A DNA stretch of 63,913 nt, filler included, from Octopus bimaculoides (lineage: Eukaryota): assembly GCF_001194135.2 (NCBI RefSeq). It is 6 parts of 6 records of this genome, joined end to end, with 100 filler letters (N's around TTAATTAATTAA, not from the genome) between each part and the next. Parts side by side here need not be neighbours in the genome. Positions count along the whole stretch, not along the records: positions 1 to 15,592 come from NC_068985.1; positions 15,693 to 25,818 come from NC_068991.1; 4 more parts are not named here. One strand, 5' to 3'. Both the position numbers and the translations under genes were made by a program. Numbering within the stretch: the stretch's first letter is position 1; each line of letters begins with the position of its first letter. The notes beneath the pieces were generated by a model. The model was not told the origin of the DNA and did no database searches. It saw nothing but the letters and a program-made list of their open reading frames with translations. Shown here one piece after another: positions 10,123 to 23,593 of this stretch.

Positions 10123-13100
10123 TGAATTAACTACAATTTTTGAGAAATTTGACTGAAATGTCAGCAAATAGGGAAGAACTGTATGGATTGATACTCACTT
10201 GCCTAATAACATCACAACAAATTTCTAATGCAGATAGTTAAGGATTGGTTTATTAATAGAAATTTTACATCATTGTGGATACACCGTTGATTGTGAAAAT
10301 CAATATCTCTAACAGAAGCAAGTCTAAAATTGTACACAGCTTGAAGAATCTAATAATAATCTGATATTAGGCTTCTTAAAGGATAAAGAATTACATCATA
10401 GTTGAAAGGTTGAAATCTTGTATGAGAATTGTTGGCATCTCATTTAGTGTATCTAGAACTACATGGTGAAAGCTGGGATGTCTTTGATCACAGTTTTTCT
10501 CAGTCAGGGCTGATGTTGGGCCTCAGCACCAATCCATAGCAACATAAACCTCAAGTGTCTAGGAGAATCTTTAAAGTACATTGCCCATCCTCTTACAAAT
10601 AAATAAATAGTTTTGAAGTTAGCAAACACACACATACACACTCCTTTCTACCAAATAGTGATTTCCCATAATTTGAGATTTATTTCCTGCAATCATATAA
10701 CTCAAATTCCTTAGATTATAAAGAAGTAATGTTCCTTTTCTGAGGATTTGACAGCATGACAAACCCTATTTAAATATCTGGAAACTTTGCTGGAATGACA
10801 AAAACCAAATATTACTAAACAAAACTCATTGGCACAAGTTCCTTATTTTTTTACTCTTTTTGTGGTTTCATTCTTTGGGGTACAGCCATGCTTTCAAGGG
10901 TTTACTTGTTCATATCAACTTTGATACTTATTTTAATCTGCTACTTATTTTATTAAAATCTGCCAGTCGAATTGTTAGGTTACTAAATGTAAGTGGGCCC
11001 AAAGTAAAGAAAACATTTGCTAAAGTTGTGCACTGGGATTGAACTCAGAATCATTTGGCTGCAAAGTGAACTTCCTTAACCAAACAGCTTTGCCTGTACT
11101 TGGTATAGACTTCTATTATGTTTTCCTTCAATTTAATTATTACAGTAATGCAATTCATAAACTCAGGAACCTGCAATAAACAATACTTGCTTGTGATTTC
11201 TTTAGTGACTAAATAAAGGATAGATTAGTCTAACCCATTGCAGATTCATTCTACTATATATGATTCTTTTGTTTAGGAAATTAATGGTTGGATGGGTTCC
11301 CTACCCAATATCATGATACCTACAATCATTGTATCAAGAAGTAAAATTATAAATTTATGACTAAGTTATTGAGTTACACACTGGAATTTTCTCAGCAATT
11401 TAAAGCTAACTAAATTATACACTAACATGCTATCTTAAAGATAGCATAAGTCAATTAGCAGGGTTGTTACAGTGCTAGATAGAATGCTTTGTGATATTTT
11501 TTCCAAGACTCTGCACCCTAAATTCAATTCCCAGCAAGGTAAACTTTGTTTTCATTCTTTCAGGGTTGATAAAAAAAGTACTAGTCTAAGGTGGTGGTTT
11601 GGCAGAACTGTTTAGAGGGGGCAAACAAAATGTTTGGTTGTGTTTGTTTTGATTCTTTGTGTTATGACTGCAGCACATGCACCAGCGCTGGTGCTAAACT
11701 GTATTGGCCTAAGTCGGCTACCTTTCTCTTTGTTAAAAATTGCTGGTATGGAGAAAGGAAATATGCATGCAATGGGCAACTACTAGTCTTCCTTAAAAAT
11801 ATCTTGTCTATGTCTGCATGTACCAGTCAACATCGTTCGATGGGACCCTAGCAAAGATAGCATGTGGGCAGCAATATGAGCTTACCTTCCCCTGACATAA
11901 ATTAACACTTAATTAATTCAAGAAATTACATCCACTTTTTGGAGTGTTGCTAAGAATTGTTACTAGGTTTTCATTTTCTGTCTGCAGCTCAATTAATTAG
12001 GAATATTTTAGATACATCATTCAGTATATCAGCCTTTTAATTTTTCTATGAATAGACATATTTAGTCTGCATGGAAGTGTATAAATGGCTAACTGCATTA
12101 AGCTGAACGGGTGGATGAAAGAAAGGTCAAGTAACACTAGCATAAAGGATTCTTCGTTGGCTCAAAATACTTGTATTTGTAGTTTAGCTCCAGTCAACCA
12201 TGGTGAGTAGGAGACCTATGATGAAAGCATTCCTGTTGCAACCACCCAGAATAGTTTTCCTGTTTTACTTCTATTTTTTTTTAGTTTTATTACTTTTTTT
12301 TTTCTTTCAATAACACTGAAGTATTTTGTGATTTAAATGGAAGGACAAACTAATGTACTTATGCTATCTGAGGTGACTCACAAGTCTGAAAGTACTTTTG
12401 GTGATGTTGTTAATGTCAATCATGATTGTAAAATTAAAATCCCACATGGTTAAAAACGTAATCGTTTATTTATTACTAATCTGGTTTCAGTAATGCTAAG
12501 TTGTTAAATAAAGGGTATTTCTCTTATAAATAAAATTGTTGACTGATATTTTACTTCAGCTCATTTACTTTCTGGCAGACATACTTCACGACTTCTAAAC
12601 CATTTGAAACACTGTTGTCATTATTAAACAAATCATGCACACAATCCACACTAACTGATAATGTATATAGAAGAAGAAAATAATCAAAATCACTTGTAGG
12701 CATGCCATTGCAGCCACCCAGTTCTGGATTTGATCCCACTGAGCAACTTCTTGGGCAAGTATCTTCTCTACGTTTAGATCAACTGATACCTCAGGAGTGA
12801 AGTTTGTCACACAGAAATTTGTACTGAATCTTGTTGTGTATGGTACATGTGTGTGTATAAATAAATATATATATTTTTTACTTGTTTCAGTCATTTGGCT
12901 GTGACCATGCTGGAGCACCACAATAAGCTTGGGATTGATCAATCCTGTCTGGGTCACCTGGGTGAAAGTGTTTAACGTTGAAAAAATTATCCTAAAACAC
13001 TTGGTGACCGCCCCCCCCCCCATACACACCTATTTCAGGAAATGTCACTGATGATGTGTTCAAGTGCGCATCACAAGATAATGTGTGGAAAAAAACTAAA

Positions 13101-13327
13101 TATTAACTTGAAAGTCTGAATGTGTCTTCATATAGATGTACAGACACTTTGCCTCACTTCATTTTATCCAGTCGTTAATATCTGTTTGACTTATAACCTA
13201 TAGATTTTGTAAGAAGGGAAAAAGAAAAGGCTGTTACTTCATAAAACTTCAATATCTACACCTTTTGTATTCAACTCTTTAACAATCATCATCATCATCA
13301 TACATCTATTTTGCCATGCTGGCATAT

Positions 13328-13365
<38 letters not shown>

Positions 13366-14369
13366 AACATGAAACTACAAATAAAACTACAAGTTATTAT
13401 TCATCTAATACAGGTGGAATTTAAAAGTTGGTCCCTACATAGTGAAATGCGAACTGCATCACAATATCTTTAATTAGCAGATTTGCCAGGTCTTTTGCAC
13501 ACACTTAGAAAACTACTTTATTTGGGATTAAAGCCAAGCTTTTTCTTATTTTCTAATGTTGTTCTACCTTTCTTTCTTTCTCTCTGATTCTCTCAACCAA
13601 CTGCTTACATACACACACACACACATTTGCATATGTATATACTGAGTTTTAAAGAAACCTATTTGGTTTAATGCCATTTCTTTGTTCCAATTCTGTAAAT
13701 CTTTGGCATCTGTCTAACAGGGTATATCAATACATATGTGTCCTAGTCTCATAGACATGTCTTATTTCCTTGTAGGCCTAATGCCATTTGCATCAGAACG
13801 GTAACCACCTGAAATCAAATATTGAATATTTTCTGGAATTCTGTGTAATTATAGATCAAATATATTATAGTATAAATCCCAGTTTTAAGTAATTTTCACA
13901 ATACTTTGAGAAGATATTTATATCTAACAGTTCAAAAAATAATGTCTTCAAACATGTCCAATCTTCAAAATTATTTACACAAAAACGATATCAAGGTATA
14001 CATTTTACACAACTTGCCAAGTTTTATAGGTCTATTTTATGCAGGAAATCTTGAAATATCTTTGACAATTTCATTTATAGAGAAAGATGTAGTGTTTCAC
14101 TTAAAATTAAGTTTCTCCCTCTCTCCCTCCCTTTTTCTCTTTCCCTCTCCTTCTCTCTCTCTCGCTCTCTCTCTCTCTCTTTCACTCTGACAGACAGATT
14201 GATAGGTAGATAGATAGACAGACAGACAGTCAGACAGATATATGTGTATGTGTATGTAAGCAGGATATGACATTGTGATTAAGAAGTTTGCTTCCTAACC
14301 ACATAGTTTTAGTTTCAATATATATGTGTGTGTGCGTGCTTGTCTGTGTGTATGCATATATGTATGTAT

Positions 14370-14412
<43 letters not shown>

Positions 14413-15822
14413 TCATAAAAATTTATGTGGTGAACTCTTTTCAAGAAACAACAGCGTAGGGTTTAATTTATTGAATGATTAGATTAGAGTATTAATTTGA
14501 AAGAGACAAGTTCCAAGGTCAATAATACTCCTCATCAAAGCCAACACATATCAAACACAGAGGGCATATATAAGTCATTATATACATACAAACACATAAC
14601 ATACAAGCACATATATATATATATATACATATAAATTAAGAAGTCCAAGCTGATGAGATAACAAGTTCACAATAATCCAAAAAGGAAGTCCTCAAATGAA
14701 TCCAGTAAATAGAAAGAGTCTTACAGCCATCTCCAGGAATGTGTGAAGAAGTCTGTAGGTAAAAACCTTTTAAACTTCATTAATCCACATTGCCTTCATC
14801 AGAGAATATGGAATTTTTAAACAAAATCATAAAATTATTTTCTGGGATTGTAAAAATATGTTTAAGAATATACAGTAATTATAGACAAGTACCTTTTATG
14901 TATATATATATGAAAGATACAAGGAGTTTTTGTTTGGGTGACTCAAACTAATAAGTATGCACTCATGTGCTCAATTGCTATGCCAAATTGCTGTGCCACT
15001 AAAATTCTGATCTGGACTGCAGTTGAAGATGTGGTTTTGTGACTGCCCTTTCTAAAGCAGCTAGAAGTGACTTCCCATTGAGTCATTGGGTATAGATTAA
15101 AGCAGAAAAGAAAAGGCATACAGTTTAGCAAGACTTGACAAGGACATTTAATTTAGCTATAATCTATAAATATATATATATATTTGAAAAAATGAGTAGG
15201 GGGGAATAATTTTTATTTTAATAATGTTTCCAGTTACTCTAATGAGTTTTGAGCTTTTCGATAGCACAACTACTGAAAAGCTTGAAACTCATAGAGTAAC
15301 TGGAAACATTATCATTAAAATAAAAATTATCCCCCACCCCCAAAAGCCATCTCTACTCATTTTTTTAAATATATTATACTGTATCAAGAACTGTTTTTTT
15401 ATTATTCTACTATATATATTTATATATATACTCCTTATGTTGCATGTCTCGTTTCTCATTGTGTTTAACCTTTCTTTGTGATGTCCTGTACCCATATATG
15501 CATGTATGTATACATATAGATGTAGGTATGTACATATATATATATATGGATATATGCATATATCTATATTATTTATATATATATATATATATNNNNNNNN
15601 NNNNNNNNNNNNNNNNNNNNNNNNNNNNNNNNNNNNTTAATTAATTAANNNNNNNNNNNNNNNNNNNNNNNNNNNNNNNNNNNNNNNNNNNNATGTATTG
15701 TTTATAAAAAGTGTTTAAGATTTGTGCTGCCATTTTGTTCTGGGATAATATTAAACAGTAAAACGTATGTTCAGTTACACATACACACCTCTATGCACAC
15801 ACATACACACACGCACACACGC

Positions 15823-15855
<33 letters not shown>

Positions 15856-16107
15856 TACAGGAATATAAATAAATATACGCATATGTATTAGATATATATT
15901 GAGTACATCTGTATTACAAAACGTATGTATCTATTTATCTATCTCTGTATCTATCAATCTACCTATCTATCCATATATATATATATATACACACACATAC
16001 ATACAGATGCACACACGTATGCATGTATATATGCATATATATACATTCATATGTATACATATATATACCTACACACACACACACATATATATATATANNN
16101 NNNNNNN

Positions 16108-16139
<32 letters not shown>

Positions 16140-17038
16140 ATACTACTACTGCTGCTGATGCTGCTGATGCTGTTGCTATAATTTCACTCGTCATCTTCAT
16201 GGCAATAACAATAACAATAATAATCACCAACACCACCACCACCACCACCTCCGCCATCATCTGCCCCTCCATTTCCCCATTCTCGCATCACCAACATCAT
16301 CATTATCATCATCGTCGTCGTCATCGTCATCATCATCATCATCGTCGTCGTCGTCGTCGTCTTCATTATCATCAACATTACGAAAACGAAAAATTGCTCT
16401 TTCTAATGTTCTTGGTTTCTCTCTCTGACTCAATTTTTACGTGCAAACGCCGCACTTTGTCAATTTAAATCTGGCTAGAAGTTAATGGATCTTGTCTGCA
16501 TATATTAGATTTGTCCAATTACACGCCTCTTGTGAGATGTAATAAATATATGCACACTCCTACGTTGATTCGGAAACTCTTGGTTCACCCAACATTTTCT
16601 GTATCAATTTTACTGATTTATTTCGCTTTTGTCTTTATCCGTAACCGTAATACAGCATGCAGCCAAAAGCGAACACACAGGTACACACACCGAATTGCGT
16701 GCGTCCATATACACGCATGTGTATAGAAGCATACACACGTAGACTCACACATATGTGTATATAAATGTGTGTGTGTGTGTGTGTAAATATATGTATATAT
16801 CTATATATATATCTATAGGGATATATATACATAAATGTACACGTGCATATATACGTATATATATGATGTATATGCATGTATATATGTACTTATATCTAGC
16901 TATACGTACATTCGTAAATATATACATACATATATATATTTACACATATATTTGTAAATATATACATAGAGATATATCCATATATATACATATATGTGTA
17001 TGTGTATGTGTATGCATATATATATATGTATGTATGTG

Positions 17039-17104
<66 letters not shown>

Positions 17105-17268
17105 ACTATGCAATTTTAAGATCCATGGATCTAGGTGTAGGAATTTAGTGTNNNNNNNNNNNNNNNNNNNNNNNNNNNNNNNNNNNNNNNNNNNNNNNNN
17201 NNNNNNNNNNNNNNNNNNNNNNNNNNNNNNNNNNNNNNNNNNNNNNNNNNNNNNNNNNNNNNNNNNNN

Positions 17269-17330
<62 letters not shown>

Positions 17331-17475
17331 ACTATGCAATTTTAAGATCCATGGATCTAGGTGTAGGAATTTAGTGTGCTTCGAGCAAATTTCAGAAACA
17401 ATAATAGTTTATTGGTATAGTATGTTGTAGGTTTTTACTTGAAAGTTGTATTTAACTCGGGATCCCTTGACTACA

Positions 17476-17706
17476 ATCCCATAAATAATGCGGTTTTTTC
17501 AATTGCATGAACTAAATGTCGGAGGTTTTTGGATAAACTACCTGCATCAACTTGCTATAAAAGCAGGTAGTAGTTTTACTTTAATCTTATTCTTAGTGGT
17601 AAGTTTTAACGAGTGCAGTTCGATTTTAACAATTATTTTTTCAAAGCTATAATGGAAGTGACAAAGGAACATATTCGGCATATTTTGCTTTATGTAAATC
17701 AAGGCT
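17476..17706 (+). mobile_element. mariner 5' end: TIR-like start, TATA-containing leader, transposase N-terminus
   Basis: ATCCCATAAATAATGCGGTTTTT ... CTATAAAAG ... ATG at 17652 reading MEVTKEHIRHILLY(..)NQG, like the mariner N-terminus xxKEHIRHILLYEFNKG (recalled). Confidence 0.55.
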
Positions 17707-19287
17707 ACCATTTTTTCATGTTAGGAAAAATAGAAATATCCTAGTGTCTTAACAAATTTTCAAGCCGATCACATGTGGAATGGTGTTCGCCTTCATTTTC
17801 GGCGTGTAACTTGTCAGAATATATCATGCTTCCTCTAATTCTTGTAGGTGCTGGAGCAGTCGGAAGCATGAAAATGAAATTTTCGTCTAGGTATAGATTG
17901 AGGGTGTAACTTCTGTTAAACTGTGATAGCTACATCATAAGTGCTTGTTTAAGCAGCATAAGTGCTTGTTTAAGTGTACTACGTGTTCCTTAATTCTCCT
18001 ATCTTTCAATCCAGACATACACCGATGAGGTAATATATATTTTCTGTGGTTTCGTAACACGAGGATTGTCTACGCATATCTAATTAGTTTTTAGTGCATT
18101 TTTTTGTGAATTCCAATTATATCTTCTATGTATCATCTTTGGATGGAAATTATAATTCTAAATTCTGATGAATTTACGATGTCAATGAAATTATGCGAAC
18201 AACGTGCTGTTGCGATGAGTTCAGACGAAGATTGAGGACATCAAAGGTGCTTTTTGGGTGTTATTGTTGTTATATATGTTACTGCTCTTATATATGCTAT
18301 CTTAAGGATGACTTTGGCCAAAGTAGAAACTTTTGAGCAATCTGGGTGAGTATCTGTTAAAATTATGTAGGCTGATGTCATTGAATGGAGTTATAGATAT
18401 TGCGTTATTTTACATGGTTTCTTTATTGATTCTACAACATTCCCGGGGAAAACACATTTTTAACAAACTTGTACGGCTTGCCGGAAACAACACGTTTCTC
18501 CGCACATTTTAAGCATTTTTGTCTCGTATTTCAACAGAGGATTTCCCCCCGAAATATTGGAGCGTTAAACAACTTTTGTAAGGTAATACACCTTTATCTT
18601 TGTTTGACATTACCTTAGATCTTTTGATGTAATTCGTCATTAAACATTTCTTAAGTTTTTCTTGTTTTCTTTACATCATTTTCTTGATGGTTGGTAACGA
18701 AATTTTCTTTTATCAAATCTAACAAATTTCTACCCAAGTTGAACACTCCCTCATGCTTCAACGTCGATCGAAACAGGATTTTATGCTTTGTATATTCTAC
18801 AAAATGTGCAACTCTGTTTCAGGAAAAAATAAATTTTGTCGTTCATATTTTACTTACGTGAAAAGTAGCTTCAAGTAATAATAATTTTCCATTTCAGATT
18901 CTTGGTCAAATTTAGTCTCACGTGATTGTTGTTCATTTTCGTTTTAAAGAAAAAAAAAACAGAAAGAGAAAACAATCGGTGGCTCACAAGATAGTTTTGT
19001 TCCTGTTTCTTGACCTCAAGTTTTGCCAGTATCTTTTCAACACCAGGATGGATGAAACGCCTACGAAATGCATTAAGGTTAGCTCAAACGAAAATCTGAT
19101 GTTATCAATGACTGAATGAATGCTTAACAACGCTTTGGCCTTGTACCATCACTGATTTCTTGTGCAAGAAGGAATTATTTTTCTTAGAGAGAAAGAGAAG
19201 GATATATATATATATANNNNNNNNNNNNNNNNNNNNNNNNNNNNNNNNNNNNNNNNNNNNNNNNNNNNNNNNNNNNNNNNNNNNNNN

Positions 19288-19320
<33 letters not shown>

Positions 19321-19524
19321 TTAGAAGGGGGACGAAAGCCTTATTGTGGGTGATACCACAGTCATATTTCGGTTCCAGTTTGATGATATTTCACTTACGC
19401 TTCTGTAGCTAAATTCCCCACTTTTCTCTCTCATATGAGAAACTTCAGAGACAACACTAAACCAAATACACATATTCAAGTCCCAGTTCGTTGACATTAC
19501 GACATGCACAATTAAAATTAGTAG

Positions 19525-19826
19525 GGAGGACTTCATTGGTTAGCGCAGCGGACACGCGCTCGAGGGATCTCAGGTTCGAATCTCAGACCGGGCGACGTGT
19601 GTGTTTATGAGCGAAACACCTAAGCTCCACGCTGATCGGGCAGAAAATAATGGCGAACATCTGCTGACTCTTTCGCCACAACTTTCTCTCACTCTTTCCT
19701 CATGCATCTAGCAGCTCACCTGCAACGGACCGGCGTCCCACCCAGGTGAGGAACCTATACGCCAATGAAACCGGGAAACCGACCCTTCTGAGCCAAGTAT
19801 GGCTTGAGAAAGGACAAACAACAACA
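19525..19826 (+). mobile_element. SINE: tRNA head + body Z + tail Y variant
   Basis: GGTTCGAATC B box; GTTTATGAGCGAAACACCTAAGCTCCAC...CCACAACTTTCTCTCACTC; GGACCGGCGTCCC...GAAACCGGGAAACC. Confidence 0.75.
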
Positions 19827-20037
19827 CAGCAATGGAAGTCTTCAACATCACAATACTCCATTTTCACAAGTCCGACATATCTTTCTGTCTATAGATGATT
19901 GATTTGTAAATATTATTATTGGATTAAGATCAGTGTATTAGCAAAACCAATATAGTAGGGGACTAAGCATCTAGTTTTTACTGTTGATTCTTTAATTCTA
20001 CACATCAGATACAACTTACACTCTCAGCATAGGATAG

Positions 20038-20355
20038 GGGCACTCCGTCGGTTACGACGACGTGGCTCCCTCAGCTGAACGGAGCAGCTTGCTCGTGAAA
20101 TGAACGTGCAAGTGGCTGAGCACTCAACAGACACGTGTACCCTTAACGGTAGTTCTCAGGGAGATTCAGCGTGACAGAGAGTGTGACAAGGCTGGCCCTT
20201 TCAAATACAGGTACTACTCATTTTTGCCAGCTGAGTGGACTGGAGCAACGTGAAATAAAGTTGTCTTGCTCAAGAACACAACGCGTCGCCGGGAATTGAA
20301 CTCGCGACCTTACGATCATGAGCCGAACTCCCTAACCACTAAGCCACGCGCCTTC
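20038..20355 (-). mobile_element. SINE: tRNA head + CORE-like body + tail X
   Basis: Minus: GGCGCGTGGCTTAGTGG...GTTCAATTCC...TTGTGTTCTTGAGCAAGAC...CCAGTCCACTCAGCTGGCAAAAATGAG + TACCTGTATTTGAAAGGGCCAGCCTTGTCACAC...CGACGGAGTGCC. Confidence 0.85.
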
Positions 20356-20397
20356 ACGACTGTCAGCATAGAGAGCAAATGGAATTATAAAATAAAT

Positions 20398-20652
20398 AAT
20401 AATAAATGCGCCCTTATAAAGCTTAGCCAGGCTCGTGAGCCCGGTTTCCCGGTTTCAATGGCGTATGTGTTCCCCAGCTGGACGGGACGCCAGTCCATCG
20501 CAGCCTTACTCATTTTTGCCAGCTGAGTGGACTGGAGCAACGTGAAATGAAGTGTTTTGCTCAAGAACACAACGAGTCGCTCAGTCCAGGAATCGAAACC
20601 GCAATCTTACGATTATGGTACTGACACCCTAACCACTAAGCCACGCGCCTCC
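20398..20652 (-). mobile_element. SINE: tRNA head + CORE-like body + tail Y
   Basis: Minus: same head/core, then GCTGCGATGGACTGGCGTCCCGTCCAGC...GAAACCGGGAAACCGGGCTC...AAGGGCGCA(TTA)n. Confidence 0.85.
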
Positions 20653-21939
20653 ACATAAATGAAATTATAGCATTAAATTATTGTGATCTCACAGAAAAGA
20701 AAAGCGGTTCAGTGAACACAAGCAAAACTAACTTTGTAGGATCTACTATCCTTCCGCTAATTATTTTAGGGGTTATACAGTCGGGAGCAGACATGAGCAT
20801 AATTTCGGTCCTTTCACCTTAGACTCAAAGGAGCATTCGATATGTGATTTCTGGAAGTAGAGACAGAGAGGGCGTTACCAGTACTCTGTTGGCACTTAAT
20901 TGATCTGAGTAACCTGCAACAATGTGAAATGAAGCTCCTTGCTTAGGACACAAGGCGATGTTCGTTCTAGGAATCGAAATTACGAAGATATGTTCGTAAA
21001 TCCAAACCTAGGATATGCATCTTCTGGAATGCACTTTATATGAAATATATAAAGTGTTATATAAAATGTATAAATCCAATACGAAAACTGAAGCTATGCA
21101 TAGGCAGAAGTAGTTATGTGCTTGATAGAAAGAACACATTGCGTTAGTCAAAACTGACATTATGCTCAGTCAAAAATTACCCTCAGCTTCACAAGCATTG
21201 ACACAAGTCAAAACTTTGCCTAGCACCCAATTAAGCGTTGACTCCGGTGATAAATAATAGTAATAATTGACACTAGTAATAATCGATTTTGTTGTCCGGA
21301 CAAAGGTAGTCTGTTGCCTAGCCAAAAGCATATGGTTATTATATTACTGTTAGTGATATTATTCAGCACAAAATTTCCCCGTCGTGAAAATAATGCGCTC
21401 GGTGCATTAGGAAGTGTGGGTTAGGGAGAGGAAGTGGAGAGAGGCATGATGGGAGTGATAGTGTGGTCGAGAGACGAGACTGAGACGAACATCTAATCCA
21501 CAAAACCTCTTTTGAAGACGGACGATTATCCTTCCATTTCAAGATGGCTGACTGGAGATTTCTGTGACATAAAGTAGTGAAACACACATAGCAATAAAAT
21601 ACACGCTCGGTCCACGCTTAAACCACTACAAACTCAACCTTATCCCTCATCTAATAATACCTCACCCCACAACACTAATTTTCCCTTCATCTTCCTTTGA
21701 TCATTTTTTTGTTTTTGTTTTTGCATATATATTTTTCTTTATCAATTTTGTTTTATCATTTTTTTCTGTCTTTCAAATCTTCCGTATCTTTATGTTTTGC
21801 ATTTCCACCATCTTTTTTTCATCATCCTTCCCTTATTTTCCAACTTTTTCTCCCTTTGTTACTCTCCTTTTACAACTGCTTTTTACTTCTTAAGCGTCTA
21901 CGCATCCACGTGTCTGCCCGCCTGTTTACCTATCTACCT

Positions 21940-21978
21940 ATCTATATAGCTGTCTTTCTGTCTCTGTCAGTCAGTCTG

Positions 21979-22027
<49 letters not shown>

Positions 22028-22072
22028 GTATGTATGTATGTATGTTCGTATGTATGTATGTATGTATGTATG

Positions 22073-22109
<37 letters not shown>

Positions 22110-22201
22110 GTCTATCTGTATCACTACATACCTTTGTAACTATTGTCTTGACTTACTTTCTTCCTTCTTTTTCCTTCCTTCCTTCCTTCCTTCCATCCGT
22201 C

Positions 22202-22288
<87 letters not shown>

Positions 22289-23243
22289 TCGTTCTACTTT
22301 TTCTGTGTGACTGACTNNNNNNNNNNNNNNNNNNNNNNNNNNNNNNNNNNNNNNNNNNNNNNNNNNNNNNNNNNNNNNNNNNNNNNNNNNNNNNNNNNNN
22401 NNNNNNNNNNNNNNNNNNNNNNNNNNNNNNNNNNNNNNNNNNNNNNNNNNNNNNNNNNNNNNNNNNNNNNNNNNNNNNNNNNNNNNNNNNNNNNNNNNNN
22501 NNNNNNNNNNNNNNNNNNNNNNNNNNNNNNNNNNNNNNNNNNNNNNNNNNNNNNNNNNNNNNNNNNNNNNNNNNNNNNNNNNNNNNNNNNNNNNNNNNNN
22601 NNNNNNNNNNNNNNNNATATATATATGTATGTATGTATGTATGTATATGTATATTCGCATACCTACACGTACATATATACATACATAAACGCATTTATAC
22701 GCTCTCACACACAAACACATACACATACACACATTTCCATACGCACACATAACTCAATTTTGACTTTCCAAGCTTACTCCTTTATCCGTCCACTTTATTC
22801 TCTTTCCTTCGTTCTATTTACCTCATCTTCGTTATTTTAATATCATATATAATTTTATTTCATTTTTACTTTTGTCCCCAACGTTTTTTTTATCTTATTT
22901 CATCATTTCTTTCACCATTCCAAACACTTGGCTTTCTTTTTTTTTTTTTTTTTTTTTACATCAGACTCTTCTTCGATATTTTTTCGCAACACTGATTCGA
23001 AAAGGACTTCTCGTGTCCCACTCCACAACCTAACATCTATACTTACCGTGAACCCTTTCACTCAACCTTGCCAAAAACCCTTTAAAACCTATTTTATACT
23101 CTCTTACCTCACTGATCCGCCATATTTGAGCTTATATTTTGGGCGATTTTTCTTTTTTTTTTATTTGATTTGACTTACATTTTTTTATCTTTCGTGTTCT
23201 TGCACCCATTCTCGGTATATCTGTTATTTTGCGATGTTTATCG

Positions 23244-23284
<41 letters not shown>

Positions 23285-23490
23285 CAGTGTTACTGTTTGA
23301 CATGCATAAACACCCACACTATATATCTACATATATAAATAAATAGTTTTTTTCTCTCTCTATCTCTCTCACCCCACGTATATATGTGTGTAAATATATA
23401 TATATATATGTATATATGTGTGTGCGTGTGTGTAAATATATATATATACATATATATGTATATATATTTATATATGTATGTATATATGTA

Positions 23491-23521
<31 letters not shown>

Positions 23522-23542
23522 ATATATATATANNNNNNNNNN

Positions 23543-23593
<51 letters not shown>

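Noticed and set aside
10190-10330. Minus-strand exon ending at donor GTGAGT (10198)
   Set aside because: All frames from the plausible acceptors hit stops; only a 26-nt micro-exon remains, with no support.
12334-12452. 38-codon ORF MEGQTNVLMLSEVTHKSESTFGDVV...
   Set aside because: It is short, with no recognisable homology or convincing splice context.
15637-15648. TTAATTAATTAA island inside N runs (also 25863, 36341, 53289, 61815)
   Set aside because: It sits in an identical 44N+12+44N = 100-bp format (checked fully at 15637, left side at the others) and gives stops in all six frames: an artificial scaffold linker, not biology.
15899-17345. Long ORFs rich in IY/YI, TH, LS, poly-T/V/H (also 21697-25247, 39337-41559, 48889-51047)
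   Set aside because: They are translations of microsatellites and/or N gaps and have no domain content.
17085-17375. Direct repeat of about 65 bp (TATGACTATGCAATTTTAAGATCCATGG...) flanking a gap
   Set aside because: Identical copies on both sides of an N gap are most simply unmerged overlapping contig ends.
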